Notes under the pieces: model-generated | What the model was told of the DNA's origin: nothing | Database searches by the model: none | The model's input: only the letters and a program-made list of their open reading frames with translations | Source: Candidatus Bathyarchaeota archaeon | GTDB taxonomy: Archaea; Thermoproteota; Bathyarchaeia; Bathyarchaeales; Bathycorpusculaceae | Direction of reading: 5' to 3' | Length of the DNA: 64,000 nt | Assembly: GCA_012515445.1 (NCBI GenBank) | Contig: JAAYYI010000033.1 | Coordinates: 10 to 64,009, forward strand | Translations under genes and position numbers: made by a program | Part shown: positions 25,040-35,357 of the stretch, piece by piece | Layout: each line of letters begins with the position of its first letter | Position numbering within the stretch: the first letter of the stretch is position 1

Positions 25040-26464
25040 ATGGCAGACGATAAAAAAGGTGGATTAAAAGAACTCAGCCCAATCACTATCTACAAAAACC
25101 TACCGAAAACCAACTGCAAAGAATGCGGCCAAGACAATTGTATGGCATTCGCCGCGAAACTTGTCAATCGCGAACTTGAACTCGACGCATGTAAACCACT
25201 CCAGAAGCCAGAATACGCAAAGCAGTATGCTGCACTAAAAGAGCTCCTTAAACCAGCAGTTAAAGAAGTAATCATCGGCGTCGGCGAGAAAGCCAAGAAA
25301 ATCGGCGGCAAACTAGTCATGTACCGCCATGAGCTTACATACAAGAACCCAACCGCAATCGCAATCGACGTAACCGACGAGATGCCAGAGAGCGAAGTTG
25401 TCGCCCGCGTACAGAAGACTGAAAACTTCAGCTTCGAATACATCGGCAACACCCTCAAACTCGACATGATCGCCGTCAGATGCACAAGCGACGACGCAGA
25501 CAAATTCAAAGCATGCGTAAAGAAAGTCAGCGAAACCACAAAGCTACCGATGATCCTGTGCGCCATGAACCCACAAGTCATGGAAGCAGGCATAATGGCC
25601 ACACCCAAAGCACGCCCGCTACTCTACGCAGCAAACAGCAGTAACTGGAAAGAAATGGCTGAACTAGCAATCATGTACGATGCACCACTAGTCGCGTCAT
25701 CACCAAACGACCTCGACGGACTCATGTCACTGGCAAAGACTCTCCAGACATACGGCGTTAAAGACATCGTTCTTGACCCAGGAACCTTCCCAAACGAAGG
25801 CTTACAGGACACAATAAACAACTTCACCATGCTACGCCGTGCAGCAACAAAAGCCGGCAACGAACTCGCAGGCTTACCACTGCTCGGTGTACCCATGGCT
25901 GCTTGGGCAAACAAGGGCGAAACAGCAGATGACCTCATCAAATGGCGCGAATCATACATCGCATCCATGCTGGTTGTCCGCTACGCAGACGCACTCATCC
26001 TACACGGAAACGACGGATGGAGCCTACTGCCACTTGCAGTACTACGCCAGAACATCTACACAGACCCACGTAAGCCAGTTGCAGTTGCACCAGGTCTCAA
26101 AGTCTTCGGTACACCAGACGAGAACAGCCCAGTCATGTTCACAAGCAACTTCGCGTTAACCTACTACACAGTCGCTTCAGACATCGAATCCAGCAAGACC
26201 AACGCGTACTTAATCGTTGTTGAATCAGAAGGTTCAGCCATCGACAGTGGTGTCGCAGGACGCAAATTAACCGCAGAACGCATCGCAGACGCAATCAAAA
26301 CATCAGGCGTTGAAGGCAAAGTTAAGCACCGCAAGATCATCAGCCCAGGCAAAGCAAGCAGAATCAGCGGCGAAATCGAAGAACTATCAGGCTGGAAAGT
26401 CCTGGTCGGTCCACGCGACAGCAGCGAAATCCCGAAGTACATCATCGATAAATGGCAACCATAG
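25040..26464 (+). CDS. cdhE: ACDS gamma subunit (corrinoid FeS protein large subunit)
   Basis: 474-aa ORF with the N-terminal 4Fe-4S motif TNCKECGQDNCMAFAAKL..C. AAGGAGA lies upstream. Confidence 0.9.
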   Translation: MADDKKGGLKELSPITIYKNLPKTNCKECGQDNCMAFAAKLVNRELELDACKPLQKPEYAKQYAALKELLKPAVKEVIIGVGEKAKKIGGKLVMYRHELTYKNPTAIAIDVTDEMPESEVVARVQKTENFSFEYIGNTLKLDMIAVRCTSDDADKFKACVKKVSETTKLPMILCAMNPQVMEAGIMATPKARPLLYAANSSNWKEMAELAIMYDAPLVASSPNDLDGLMSLAKTLQTYGVKDIVLDPGTFPNEGLQDTINNFTMLRRAATKAGNELAGLPLLGVPMAAWANKGETADDLIKWRESYIASMLVVRYADALILHGNDGWSLLPLAVLRQNIYTDPRKPVAVAPGLKVFGTPDENSPVMFTSNFALTYYTVASDIESSKTNAYLIVVESEGSAIDSGVAGRKLTAERIADAIKTSGVEGKVKHRKIISPGKASRISGEIEELSGWKVLVGPRDSSEIPKYIIDKWQP

Positions 26465-26467
26465 CCA

Positions 26468-26492
26468 TTTTTCCTTTTTTAATTTCTTTTTT
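26468..26492. terminator. Oligo-T tracts between convergent cdhE and the Kelch-repeat gene
   Basis: TTTTTCCTTTTTTAATTTCTTTTTT begins directly after the cdhE stop. Oligo-T is the usual archaeal termination signal. Confidence 0.4.
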
Positions 26493-26520
26493 AGTTCTGT
26501 TTCTATTAGCTAATTCTCTG

Positions 26521-27798
26521 TCACTTGTGTTTTTGATGGTGCTTCCAGAGACTTAACGTTGGCGCAACTATTGCTATGCCCGTGATTATGGCGGCTATGA
26601 TGATAGTCTGCGTGGATGCTTCTGATGTTGATGGTTCTGGTATTTTTGTAGGTGTGGTTGTTGGGGTTGGCTGCGGTGTTTGAGGTGTTAGCGTCATAGT
26701 TGGTTTTGGGGTGGTGGTTGGTGTTGGCTGGCCAGTTTGTGTTGGTTCCGGTGCTGGCACATCATAGATTATGCCCCTGTACCCTGATGGTATGTATTGG
26801 TGGACGCTGGTGCTTGTGCTGTAGAAGTATCGTCCTCCAACAACGTATATAGTGTCGTTTAACACAGTGATGCCTACATCGTGGCGTGGATCAGTCAGAG
26901 GTGTACTTTTTGCCCAGCTATCGCTTGCTGGATCATAGGCGTAGTGTTCTTGGCTGTTCTGGCCGATAACGTGGATTTTTTTAGCGGCGAATTCTCCGGT
27001 TATTGCTGCCCCGGCGCTTGGCAGTAAGTGCCATGATGGTATCGCGCGTTGGCTCCAAGTATCAGTTGCTGGGTCATACATTTGGTTAGCGAGGTTCATG
27101 GAGTATGTAAAGCTTGTAACGCCTATCCAGTAAATCTTGTCGTCTAGCATAGCTGAGGCAGCGTAGATTGCGGCTCTGTTGAAACCCTCTGTTACGACGT
27201 TCGGGATGGGTGCTTTTACCACCCAACTATCTGTCACTGGATCGTAGGCGTAGTTTAAGCTCTGGTCAGGATCGCCTCCCATAACGTAGATTTTGCCGAG
27301 GGCAAGGTTGGTTTGGAGTCTTGATCTTGCAGTGGGCATTGTTGTTTTGGTTTCCCACGTGTTTGTTGCTGGGTCATATGCTTCGACTACTGCGGTGTCC
27401 TCCCATTGTTTGGATGTAAAGTTGTAGATGCAGCCGCCGATGCAGAAAATTTTGCCTTCGTAAACTGCTATACCGATCTGTGACCTGTTGGTCGGCATCG
27501 ACGCTTTTGTAGTCCACCTGTCCAGAGTTGGGTCATACATTTCGTTGATTCCGAGTATGCCTCCGCCTCTGATTTCGCCGCCTATTGAATAGATTTTTCC
27601 GTCTACAACTGCTGCTCCGGGGCCTGCTCTTGATGTTGGCATGGCTGCTTTAGGGAGCCAGATGTTTTCGGCTGTAATTATGCTGCCGTTTGATTGGGCA
27701 AAACAGGGTAAAGGGCAAACCATCATGACAATTAATGCCGGGATGATCAAAAGAAGCATTATGGTCGTTCGGTTATGCAAGCATTTCACCAACAGCAA
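26521..27798 (-). CDS. Secreted Kelch-repeat beta-propeller protein with Pro/Thr linker and C-terminal TM anchor
   Basis: 425-aa ORF with a signal peptide and repeated GKIY.IGG / W...A.MPT.R units. A PTPT-rich linker is followed by a TM helix and KHHQKHK. Confidence 0.75.
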   Translation of the reverse strand: MLLVKCLHNRTTIMLLLIIPALIVMMVCPLPCFAQSNGSIITAENIWLPKAAMPTSRAGPGAAVVDGKIYSIGGEIRGGGILGINEMYDPTLDRWTTKASMPTNRSQIGIAVYEGKIFCIGGCIYNFTSKQWEDTAVVEAYDPATNTWETKTTMPTARSRLQTNLALGKIYVMGGDPDQSLNYAYDPVTDSWVVKAPIPNVVTEGFNRAAIYAASAMLDDKIYWIGVTSFTYSMNLANQMYDPATDTWSQRAIPSWHLLPSAGAAITGEFAAKKIHVIGQNSQEHYAYDPASDSWAKSTPLTDPRHDVGITVLNDTIYVVGGRYFYSTSTSVHQYIPSGYRGIIYDVPAPEPTQTGQPTPTTTPKPTMTLTPQTPQPTPTTTPTKIPEPSTSEASTQTIIIAAIITGIAIVAPTLSLWKHHQKHK

Positions 27799-27982
27799 GA
27801 GTGTGGGAAACGCCTTTAGTTCTATTCATGGAACATACTGTTCCAGCCTTGGAACGTAACTAACATTAAACTTGTCAATACCAACCATTTCAAAAAAGAA
27901 TAACGATCTAGAGTTTGTTTTCTGTATGTCAAAAATTCTTTATCAGCAACGTTCGGCAGAGTAGCTAACAGAGGAATTCTAG

Positions 27983-28363
27983 TTGGATCACACCATAATA
28001 CACTTCGATATCCCAGCAAACGATATTGAAAAAATGAAAAAATTCTACACTGAACTTTTCGGCTGGAAAATAGAAAAACTTGGCAACATGGAATACTACG
28101 GAGTAACAACCGTGCCCATGGATGAGAAGGGCAACCTGCTCAGACCGGGCGTAAACGGCGGCCTCTATAAAAAAGAGCAACCGCAGCAGCAGTCTGTGAA
28201 CTACATCTACGTGGAATCCGCTGACGAGTACAGCAAGAAAATCGTGGCTTTAGGCGGCAAAATAGTTGTTTCGAAGACAGAGGTTCCAGGCATGGGCTGG
28301 TTCGCATTAGCGCAAGACCCAGAGGGCAACACTTTTGGCATCTTTGAAACAATGCCGATGTAA
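27983..28363 (+). CDS. VOC-family (glyoxalase/bleomycin resistance-like) protein
   Basis: 126-aa ORF starting at TTG, directly after an in-frame TAG. Motifs are IIHFDIPANDIEKMKKFYTELFGW and DPEGNTFGIFE. Confidence 0.75.
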   Translation: MDHTIIHFDIPANDIEKMKKFYTELFGWKIEKLGNMEYYGVTTVPMDEKGNLLRPGVNGGLYKKEQPQQQSVNYIYVESADEYSKKIVALGGKIVVSKTEVPGMGWFALAQDPEGNTFGIFETMPM

Positions 28364-28440
28364 AATCTGTTTAAGCGGCTGCTGCTGATTTATTTAAGCG
28401 GATGGGCCACGGCGGAGCAAGAAGCCATACAGTGTGCCTT

Positions 28441-28496
28441 CTCCCCTAATTTTGTCCTTTAAATAAGGGGGGGTTTAGAAAAATCGCAGTTGACCT
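28441..28496. repeat. Mosaic repeat, copy G
   Basis: CCTTTAAATAAGGGGGGGTTTAGAAAAATCGCAGTTGACCT aligns with 63287-63329 (CCTTTAAATAAGAGGGGGGTCTAGTCGGAAATCGCAGTTAAGG). Confidence 0.7.
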
Positions 28497-28744
28497 CAAC
28501 TCATATGCTGCATAATCGAATTGCTTGTAGAATCGCCCACAACCAGTTCACAATGTGACTAAAGCGGAGTGCAAAACAGATGTTTCTGCTAGACCTGTAT
28601 CGTAGTAGAAGCAGTAGGGCTGTGTTTCCTTTTTTCTTCGAATTCGAAAATCAAAAAGCGATTTCCATATTCCTACCCTCGGCAATTAAACGTAATTGTT
28701 AAAGCCCAGAAAACAACACATTAACCAAGCAAGGCGAAAAACAG

Positions 28745-29827
28745 ATGCCGAAAAACTACACTTACACAGATGCAGGCGTCAACAGAGCACAACGCCACGA
28801 ATCCAAAAAGCAACTATCAAGCTTAAAAGAAACCTACCGCCACATAGGCTTCGGCGGCATCATGCATCTGCCATACAGCAATCTCTTCCCAACTGCGCAG
28901 GACACGTTTCTGGATCTTCAAATCGAAGGTGTCGGCACCAAAGTCCTAATCGCTGAATTAGCAGACAAATATGACACAATCGGCGTAGACGCAGTCGCCA
29001 TGGTTGTAAACGACATAATCCGATCTGGCGCAAAACCACTCGCCTTAGCAGACAATATACACGCCGTAGCCAGCGAACCTAAACTCGTACAGGCATGGCT
29101 CAAAGGCATAATCGAGGGCGCAGAGCAATCCGAGTGCCCAGTCGTCAACGGAGAAACAGGCGACGTAGCAGAAATCATACGCGGCATCAAACCAGACAGC
29201 GGCTTTGACATGGTTGCCTCATGCATCGGCAGCGTCGAACGCAAAGACATCATAACCGGCACAGGCATCAAACCCGGTGACTCCATCATCGGACTCGCCA
29301 GTAGCGGTGTCCACAGCAACGGCATTACCCTCGTACGCAAAATTCTCTTCAAGCAATGGGGTGGAAAATACGACGCATCCGACATTCCAGAAGGCTTAGA
29401 GCGCGAAGTGGTACTTGAAGCGTTGGAGCCCACTAAAATTTACGTTAAACCGCTCCTCACTTTAGCCCGCGAAGTCAAAGTCAAAGGCGCCGTGCACATC
29501 ACAGGCGATAGCTACACAAAATTCAACAACCTCGTCAACTACTCGGCGGGAATAGGCTTCTGCTTTGACAATTTCAAGCCGCAACCCATATTCGGAGTAA
29601 TACAGCGCACAGCCTCAGAACTCGGCTACACCATAACTGACGAGGAAATGTTTCGGACGTTTAACATGGGCTGGGGTTTTGGCATAATCGTTGACAAAAC
29701 AGAAATCGACAAAGCAATGAACACACTTGAGCAGGCAGGATACGCGGCTGAACGCATAGGCAAAGTCACCGACAGAGAGCGCACAGTGGAAATAGAGCAC
29801 AAAGGCAAACACATGATTTTAACGTAA
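28745..29827 (+). CDS. purM: Phosphoribosylformylglycinamidine cyclo-ligase (AIR synthetase)
   Basis: 360-aa ORF with YTDAGVN, GVGTK, DAVAMVVNDI and GLASSGVHSNG motifs. Confidence 0.95.
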   Translation: MPKNYTYTDAGVNRAQRHESKKQLSSLKETYRHIGFGGIMHLPYSNLFPTAQDTFLDLQIEGVGTKVLIAELADKYDTIGVDAVAMVVNDIIRSGAKPLALADNIHAVASEPKLVQAWLKGIIEGAEQSECPVVNGETGDVAEIIRGIKPDSGFDMVASCIGSVERKDIITGTGIKPGDSIIGLASSGVHSNGITLVRKILFKQWGGKYDASDIPEGLEREVVLEALEPTKIYVKPLLTLAREVKVKGAVHITGDSYTKFNNLVNYSAGIGFCFDNFKPQPIFGVIQRTASELGYTITDEEMFRTFNMGWGFGIIVDKTEIDKAMNTLEQAGYAAERIGKVTDRERTVEIEHKGKHMILT

Positions 29828-29885
29828 GCTTTTGCACTGTTTCTTACGAAAGTGTTTAAATTCAGATTGCTTAGTTTAAAGAACT

Positions 29886-30137
29886 ATGAAATACGCTGCC
29901 AAAATCGAAGTAGGCCTCAAACCCGGACACAGTAACCCGGAAGGCGAAACCACCGCACGTTCACTAGTTGAATTAGGCTTCAGCGTCGAGGCAGTAGACG
30001 TTAGCAAAGTCTACACTATTATCCTCGAAGCAGCATCAGCCAAAGAAGCCAAAGCTAAGGCGGAGGAAATGAGCAAACGACTGCTCGCTAACCCGACAAA
30101 GGATAACTACACTATCAGTGTCGTTGAGCAGAAATGA
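29886..30137 (+). CDS. purS: FGAM synthase subunit PurS
   Basis: 83-aa ORF with the pattern KPGHSNPEGETTARSL.....V. Its stop overlaps the purL start (ATGA). Confidence 0.85.
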   Translation: MKYAAKIEVGLKPGHSNPEGETTARSLVELGFSVEAVDVSKVYTIILEAASAKEAKAKAEEMSKRLLANPTKDNYTISVVEQK

Positions 30138-32518
30138 ACGCCGACTTAATCGTGCAACGAGAAAACAGCCAAGTACTCGAATTTAAAATAGCTAAAGCCA
30201 CAAAGGCGCAGCTTCAGGAAATCAACAGCGAACTCGCATTGGGCTTCAGCGCAGAGGAACTATCCATAATACAGGCTTACTTTATCAAGGAAAAACGTAA
30301 CCCAACTGACATTGAGCTCCAAACCATAAGCCAGTCATGGAGCGAGCACTGCTGCCACAAAACCTTCAAAGGCAAAATCCAGCTTAACGGCAAAGAGATC
30401 AGCAGCCTATTCAAAACCTACCTCGCCAAAGCCACCAAAGAAATAAACGCACCCTGGTGCTTCAGCGTTTTCGAGGACAACGCGGGCATAGTTAAATTCG
30501 ACAAGGGCTACGGCATCGCGGCGAAGGTGGAAACTCACAATCACCCATCAGCAGTTGAACCGTTCGGCGGCGCGGCAACCGGCGTCGGTGGAGTCATCCG
30601 AGACATCCTAGGCGTCTGGGCAGATCCAATAGCATGCACCGACGTCTTGGGCTTTGGGCCGCTGGATTATGATTACAACAAGTTACCCAACGGTGTCAAG
30701 CACCCCAAATACATCTACAGAGGCGTCACCGCCGGCATCAGCGCCTACGGAAACAACATGGGCATCCCAACCGTTAACGGTGCAATATACTTCGACGACA
30801 GCTACACGGGTAATGTCGTAGTGTACTGCGGCTGCATCGGGCTACTGCCACTAAACAAGTATGTGCGCAGCGGCAAAGTAGGCGACTACGTTGTCTTGTC
30901 AGGCGGCAAAACAGGAAGAGACGGCATCCACGGCGTAACGTTCGCCTCAGCCGAACTCACAGAGAAATCTGAGGAAATCAGCCGCCCAGCAGTGCAGATC
31001 GCTGACCCCATCGAGGAGGAAAAAGTCAAGCGCGCAGTGGTTGGAATCCGAGACGCCGGTTTAGGTAGCGGAATAACAGATATTGGGGGAGGCGGTTTGT
31101 CTTCGGCAGTCGGCGAAACGGCAGAGCGCTTTGGATCCGGAGTAGCAGTGGATCTGGAAAAAGTTCACCTTAAACATGAAGGCCTCTCGCCATGGGAAAT
31201 TTACTTATCTGAATCGCAGGAACGCATGCTTATGACTATTCCTCCTGAGAATCTGGAGCAGGTTATGGCAATCTTTGAGAAGGAAGATGTTCACGCGGTA
31301 GCCATAGGCAGACTAATTCCGGAGCGGCGATTGAGGTTGAGCTACAAGGGCGAATTAGTCTCAGACATCGACATGGCGTTCCTTTTCAGCACATGCGAAA
31401 TCACTAAAACTGCAACCCTCGAACAGGCTAAATTGATAGAGCCAGACTTCCCAGAACCACAAAACCTTACCCAAACCCTGCTTGACTTGCTTGCGGCTCC
31501 AAACATTGCGAGCAAAGAAGCAGTCATACGCACCTACGACCACGAAGTCAAAGGCAACACCCTACTCAAGCCGTTGCAGGGCGACTACGCAGGACCAAAC
31601 GACGCAGCAGTCCTAAAACCCGTCGACGTCTCAAATAAAGGCCTAGTTATCAGCTGCGGCATGAACCCCAACTACGGCAAAATCGACGCTTACTGGATGG
31701 CGGCTTCAGCAATCGACGAAGCCATACGCAACAACCTCGCCGTCGGCGGCAGAAGAATCGCAATTCTTGACAATTTTACGTGGGGCAACCCTGAGAAGAG
31801 CGAGCGGCTCGGCAGCTTGGTGCGTGCCTGCGAAGCATGCTACGATGTAGCCACCAATTTCCGCACACCTTTCATTTCGGGCAAGGACAGTTTATACAAC
31901 GAATCGCCGCTTGGCCCAGTCACGCCTACTCTGCTCATCACAGCAATCGGCATCATACCAGACATAAACAAAACTGTTTCAGTCGACCTGAAAGCGGCAG
32001 GCAACCTAATCTACATAGTTGGCGACACTTACTCTGAACTCGGCGGCAGCGAATACTACAAACTCAAAGGCTTTCTCGGCGCTTCAGTGCCTAAACTGAA
32101 TGCCTCTAAAGCCCGAAAATCCTACTACAACCTAACCAAAGCCATGGGCGAGGGCATAGTGAAGTCCTGCCATGACCTTTCAGAGGGCGGCTTGGCGGTT
32201 GCGGCGGCGGAGATGGCGTTTGCAAGCGGGCTAGGATTGGAACTTGATCTCCAAAAAGTCCCTGCCAAAAACGTCAGCCGAGATGATTTCATGCTGTTCT
32301 CGGAGTCTAACAGCCGATTCTTAATAGAAGTCGCTCCAGAAGACCAGAAACTTTTCGAAGAGCTGATGGGCAAATACAGCAAGCCAATCGGTAAAGTAAC
32401 CAAGGAACAGAAGCTGATCATCAAAGGCTTAAGCGGCAAAGCTGTAATCGATGCATCGATTGACAAGCTTAGGTATAGCTGGAAGAAAACCCTCAACCCC
32501 AAGGAGGACATACAATGA
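30134..32518 (+). CDS. purL: FGAM synthase II (large subunit)
   Basis: 794-aa ORF with SWSEHCCHKTF, VETHNHPSAVEPFGGAATGVGG and GKDSLYNE motifs. Confidence 0.95.
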   Translation: MNADLIVQRENSQVLEFKIAKATKAQLQEINSELALGFSAEELSIIQAYFIKEKRNPTDIELQTISQSWSEHCCHKTFKGKIQLNGKEISSLFKTYLAKATKEINAPWCFSVFEDNAGIVKFDKGYGIAAKVETHNHPSAVEPFGGAATGVGGVIRDILGVWADPIACTDVLGFGPLDYDYNKLPNGVKHPKYIYRGVTAGISAYGNNMGIPTVNGAIYFDDSYTGNVVVYCGCIGLLPLNKYVRSGKVGDYVVLSGGKTGRDGIHGVTFASAELTEKSEEISRPAVQIADPIEEEKVKRAVVGIRDAGLGSGITDIGGGGLSSAVGETAERFGSGVAVDLEKVHLKHEGLSPWEIYLSESQERMLMTIPPENLEQVMAIFEKEDVHAVAIGRLIPERRLRLSYKGELVSDIDMAFLFSTCEITKTATLEQAKLIEPDFPEPQNLTQTLLDLLAAPNIASKEAVIRTYDHEVKGNTLLKPLQGDYAGPNDAAVLKPVDVSNKGLVISCGMNPNYGKIDAYWMAASAIDEAIRNNLAVGGRRIAILDNFTWGNPEKSERLGSLVRACEACYDVATNFRTPFISGKDSLYNESPLGPVTPTLLITAIGIIPDINKTVSVDLKAAGNLIYIVGDTYSELGGSEYYKLKGFLGASVPKLNASKARKSYYNLTKAMGEGIVKSCHDLSEGGLAVAAAEMAFASGLGLELDLQKVPAKNVSRDDFMLFSESNSRFLIEVAPEDQKLFEELMGKYSKPIGKVTKEQKLIIKGLSGKAVIDASIDKLRYSWKKTLNPKEDIQ

Positions 32519-33336
32519 ACACTGAAGACATCAAGGTCTGTGTACTGCGAGTCGGCGGAACCAACTGCGACGCAGAAACACAGCGGGCATTCACTGAACT
32601 CGGCGCCAAAGCCGAAGTCATACAAGTCAGCGACATGATCAAAAAACGCAACCTACTTGACTACAACGTGCTAGTTTTCCCGGGCGGCTTCAGCTACGGC
32701 GACTACGTGCGAAGCGGAGTCATTTTCGCGCGGCACCTCTCAGCGAACTTGGGCAAAGAAATCAGGCAATTCGTTGACGAAGGTAGACCTTTGCTTGGCA
32801 TATGCAATGGCTTCCAGATACTCGTCGAATACGGTTTGCTTCCTGGTTTCAGCGGTATCAGCGAATTCCCCGAGGCCACCTTAACCACCAACGAGCCAGC
32901 AGGCTTCAAATGCAAATGGGTCTACCTAAAACAGGAAAACCGCGGCAAATGCGCATTCACCTCAGCAATCCCAGCGGGCAAAACCATCCAGCTTCCAATC
33001 GCGCACGGCGAAGGCAGACTGCTATTCCCCAAAGAAAAAGAGCAGGCGCTACTCAAAAAAATCATTGACCAAGACATGCTCGTGTTCCGCTACTGCACAA
33101 AAGACGGCGAAACAGCAGAAGGCAAATACCCCGATAACCCAAACGGCAGCTTCCACGACATCGCAGGCATATGCAATCCCGAGGGCAACATATTCGGATT
33201 AATGCCACATCCAGAACGTGCGATGTACTGGTGGCAGCAACCCACATGGACAAGGGAAAACCAGATGCTAAAGTACGGCGACGGCAAACTAATCTTCCAA
33301 AGCATAATTAACAAGCTGACGAAAACCAATCACTAA
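32515..33336 (+). CDS. purQ: FGAM synthase I (glutaminase subunit)
   Basis: 273-aa ORF with FPGGFSYGD, the GICNGFQ catalytic Cys and HPER. Its start overlaps the purL stop (ATGA). Confidence 0.95.
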   Translation: MNTEDIKVCVLRVGGTNCDAETQRAFTELGAKAEVIQVSDMIKKRNLLDYNVLVFPGGFSYGDYVRSGVIFARHLSANLGKEIRQFVDEGRPLLGICNGFQILVEYGLLPGFSGISEFPEATLTTNEPAGFKCKWVYLKQENRGKCAFTSAIPAGKTIQLPIAHGEGRLLFPKEKEQALLKKIIDQDMLVFRYCTKDGETAEGKYPDNPNGSFHDIAGICNPEGNIFGLMPHPERAMYWWQQPTWTRENQMLKYGDGKLIFQSIINKLTKTNH

Positions 33337-33365
33337 ACCTTCTTTCTAACGTGTGATTTTTTTTC

Positions 33366-33474
33366 TATACCCCCTTATTTAAAGCAGTTAACTATATGTT
33401 CAACTTAGGCTTGAAAACCGATTAGTTAGACCTACCCGTCTCAGTGGTACCTACCCCATCCTTATTTAAAGGAC
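33366..33474. repeat. Mosaic repeat, copy B (two direct C-rich/TATA-like modules flanking the GTTCAACTTAGGCTTGAAAAC core)
   Basis: It aligns over about 100 nt with copy A. It lies between the convergent 3' ends of purQ and the pfkB-like gene, so it is not simply a promoter. Confidence 0.75.
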
Positions 33475-33536
33475 AGACACCGCTTAAGCTACTCCACAGA
33501 AAGTAGATCAGTCAGCCAAAAAGTGGCATAAAAAAA

Positions 33537-34445
33537 TTAGAAGGTTAAGTCTTCTCTTGTTGGCAAACCGTCACGGGCGCCCATTTTCATTACGCTTCTG
33601 GAAGCCACAAAGTTGCCAAGTCTGCCGCAGTCTTCGAGTGTGCGGTTGTGTACTAAGCCGTATAGGAAGCCTGCGTCGAATGCGTCGCCCGCGCCTGTGG
33701 TGTCGACTACTGGCACCTTGTAGGGTTGCAACGTCATTTTTTCTTCGCCATTCGATACGTAGCATCCCTTGTCACCCATCTTTACCGCGACGATTTCGAC
33801 GCCCATGTCGATTAGCATTTGGGCGCCTTTGGGGATTTCGCGTTCGCCGGTGATGAGCTCAAGCTCCAAAGCGTTTGGCATCATAACAAACGAGTTCTGG
33901 ATAATCGGCTCAATAGCCGAGAGACCTTTCTGTGCATAGAGTGAGCCGGGGTCAAAGCTGACTTTAACACTGTCCGGTAGAAAACTCATAAGCTTCTTCT
34001 GCGCCCGGAACGATTTCTCGCCAACAAACGACGATAAGTGTAGAAACTGGGTGTCGGTGATGTATGACGCTTGTATTTCTCTGAACTCGATTTGGTCGTT
34101 GACGCCGGAGTTAATGTAGAGTGCTCTTGCACCCTTCTTATCTACGAAGCCGAGGCAGACGCCGCTTTTGCCTTTAGGGGAGTGGATGATGCCATCTGTG
34201 TTGACGCCTTCTTTTTGGAAGCAGTCGATTTGCAGTTGACCTTCGTGGTCGTCTGCTATTTTGCCGACGAAACCGACACTTTGTCCCAAGCGTGCCAACC
34301 CTACCATTGTGTTGGCTGCTGAACCGCCGCATGCCTCCGTATAATCATGGATGAAGCTTTCTTCCTCTGCACTCGCTATCTTGTCCACTTTTAGAAGTGT
34401 GTCAACGTTGAGTGCTCCGAATCCTACTACGTCAAATCTTGTCAT
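33537..34445 (-). CDS. PfkB-family sugar/nucleoside kinase (ribokinase-like)
   Basis: 302-aa ORF with an N-terminal GG motif region (GGSAANT) and the C-terminal DTTGAGDAF anion hole motif. Confidence 0.85.
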   Translation of the reverse strand: MTRFDVVGFGALNVDTLLKVDKIASAEEESFIHDYTEACGGSAANTMVGLARLGQSVGFVGKIADDHEGQLQIDCFQKEGVNTDGIIHSPKGKSGVCLGFVDKKGARALYINSGVNDQIEFREIQASYITDTQFLHLSSFVGEKSFRAQKKLMSFLPDSVKVSFDPGSLYAQKGLSAIEPIIQNSFVMMPNALELELITGEREIPKGAQMLIDMGVEIVAVKMGDKGCYVSNGEEKMTLQPYKVPVVDTTGAGDAFDAGFLYGLVHNRTLEDCGRLGNFVASRSVMKMGARDGLPTREDLTF

Positions 34446-35356
34446 TGGAATATCTCGCTGAAGGGTATTTTATATTGGCCTAATTTGCCCTCATAGTTGC
34501 CGGCTGAGATGCGCACTACGCCGGGAATGTCTACAGTTGCTTCGACGCCTGCCTTAGTGGCTAACTTTATGGCGTCAATTGATACTGCGTCGTAGACTAC
34601 TTCGGCGATGTAGCTCACGCCGTCTGGCACTTTGGATTCTTTGCCGAGTTTGGCTTTGAGAGAGGGGCAGTAGCTGTGGTTTGTTGTTGGGCCGATCTCT
34701 GGGAAGTGAGTTTCTGGTTTTGAGCCGGCTGAGCAGATGTCGAAGGTTGTGACGACGCCGTCGATGTGGTGGATTGCGTCAAGCGCTTTTGCACCTGCTT
34801 CTTTTAGTGCCTCTTTGTTGGTGCAGAATAGCCAGATGTTGCCGCCTGCGACTCCTCGGGCGTAGCCTATGTAGCGTTCGATTACGAAGTCGGGGCACAT
34901 TAGCGGTACAACGATGACTTCTCTGCCGTGGCGCTGCTCGACCCATTCATAGCCGTCGCCGCAGTGACCAACCCGGGTCATCATATCCATTTTGCCCTCT
35001 GCGTTTGGCAATGCATCATAGACTGCTGTAAAGGGTTTAACTAGGATGTCTTGGCGTATGCGGTAGCTGAGTTCCTTCTCGAATTTTTCAAGGAGTTTAG
35101 CGAAGTCCTTTTTGGGGTTAAGTTCGCCCCAGAACTGCAAAATTGCGCCAACGCGTCCGTCGGGTGTTTCGTCTTCGCTTAGGTAGCGTTCAACTCCGCC
35201 CTCGGTACGGCCGATGACTACTGAGGGGGTTGCGGTTGAGTCTGAAGTTGCTTTGCAGAGTGTTTCAACGTCGTCTGCTGTTACGATAACTCGGCAGTAT
35301 AAGCCGCTGAATCCTTCGATGAAGGTGTCATAATCGATTTTTGGGTTCTTAACCAT
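34442..35356 (-). CDS. ftr: Formylmethanofuran--tetrahydromethanopterin N-formyltransferase
   Basis: 304-aa ORF, collinear with recalled Ftr sequences (TFIEGFSG..RVIVTA, GVAGGNIW, and C-terminal ISAGNYEGKLGQYKIPFSEIF versus the Methanopyrus ISAGNFGGKLGQYEIHLHDLF). Confidence 0.9.
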   Translation of the reverse strand: MVKNPKIDYDTFIEGFSGLYCRVIVTADDVETLCKATSDSTATPSVVIGRTEGGVERYLSEDETPDGRVGAILQFWGELNPKKDFAKLLEKFEKELSYRIRQDILVKPFTAVYDALPNAEGKMDMMTRVGHCGDGYEWVEQRHGREVIVVPLMCPDFVIERYIGYARGVAGGNIWLFCTNKEALKEAGAKALDAIHHIDGVVTTFDICSAGSKPETHFPEIGPTTNHSYCPSLKAKLGKESKVPDGVSYIAEVVYDAVSIDAIKLATKAGVEATVDIPGVVRISAGNYEGKLGQYKIPFSEIFQ

Positions 35357-35357
35357 A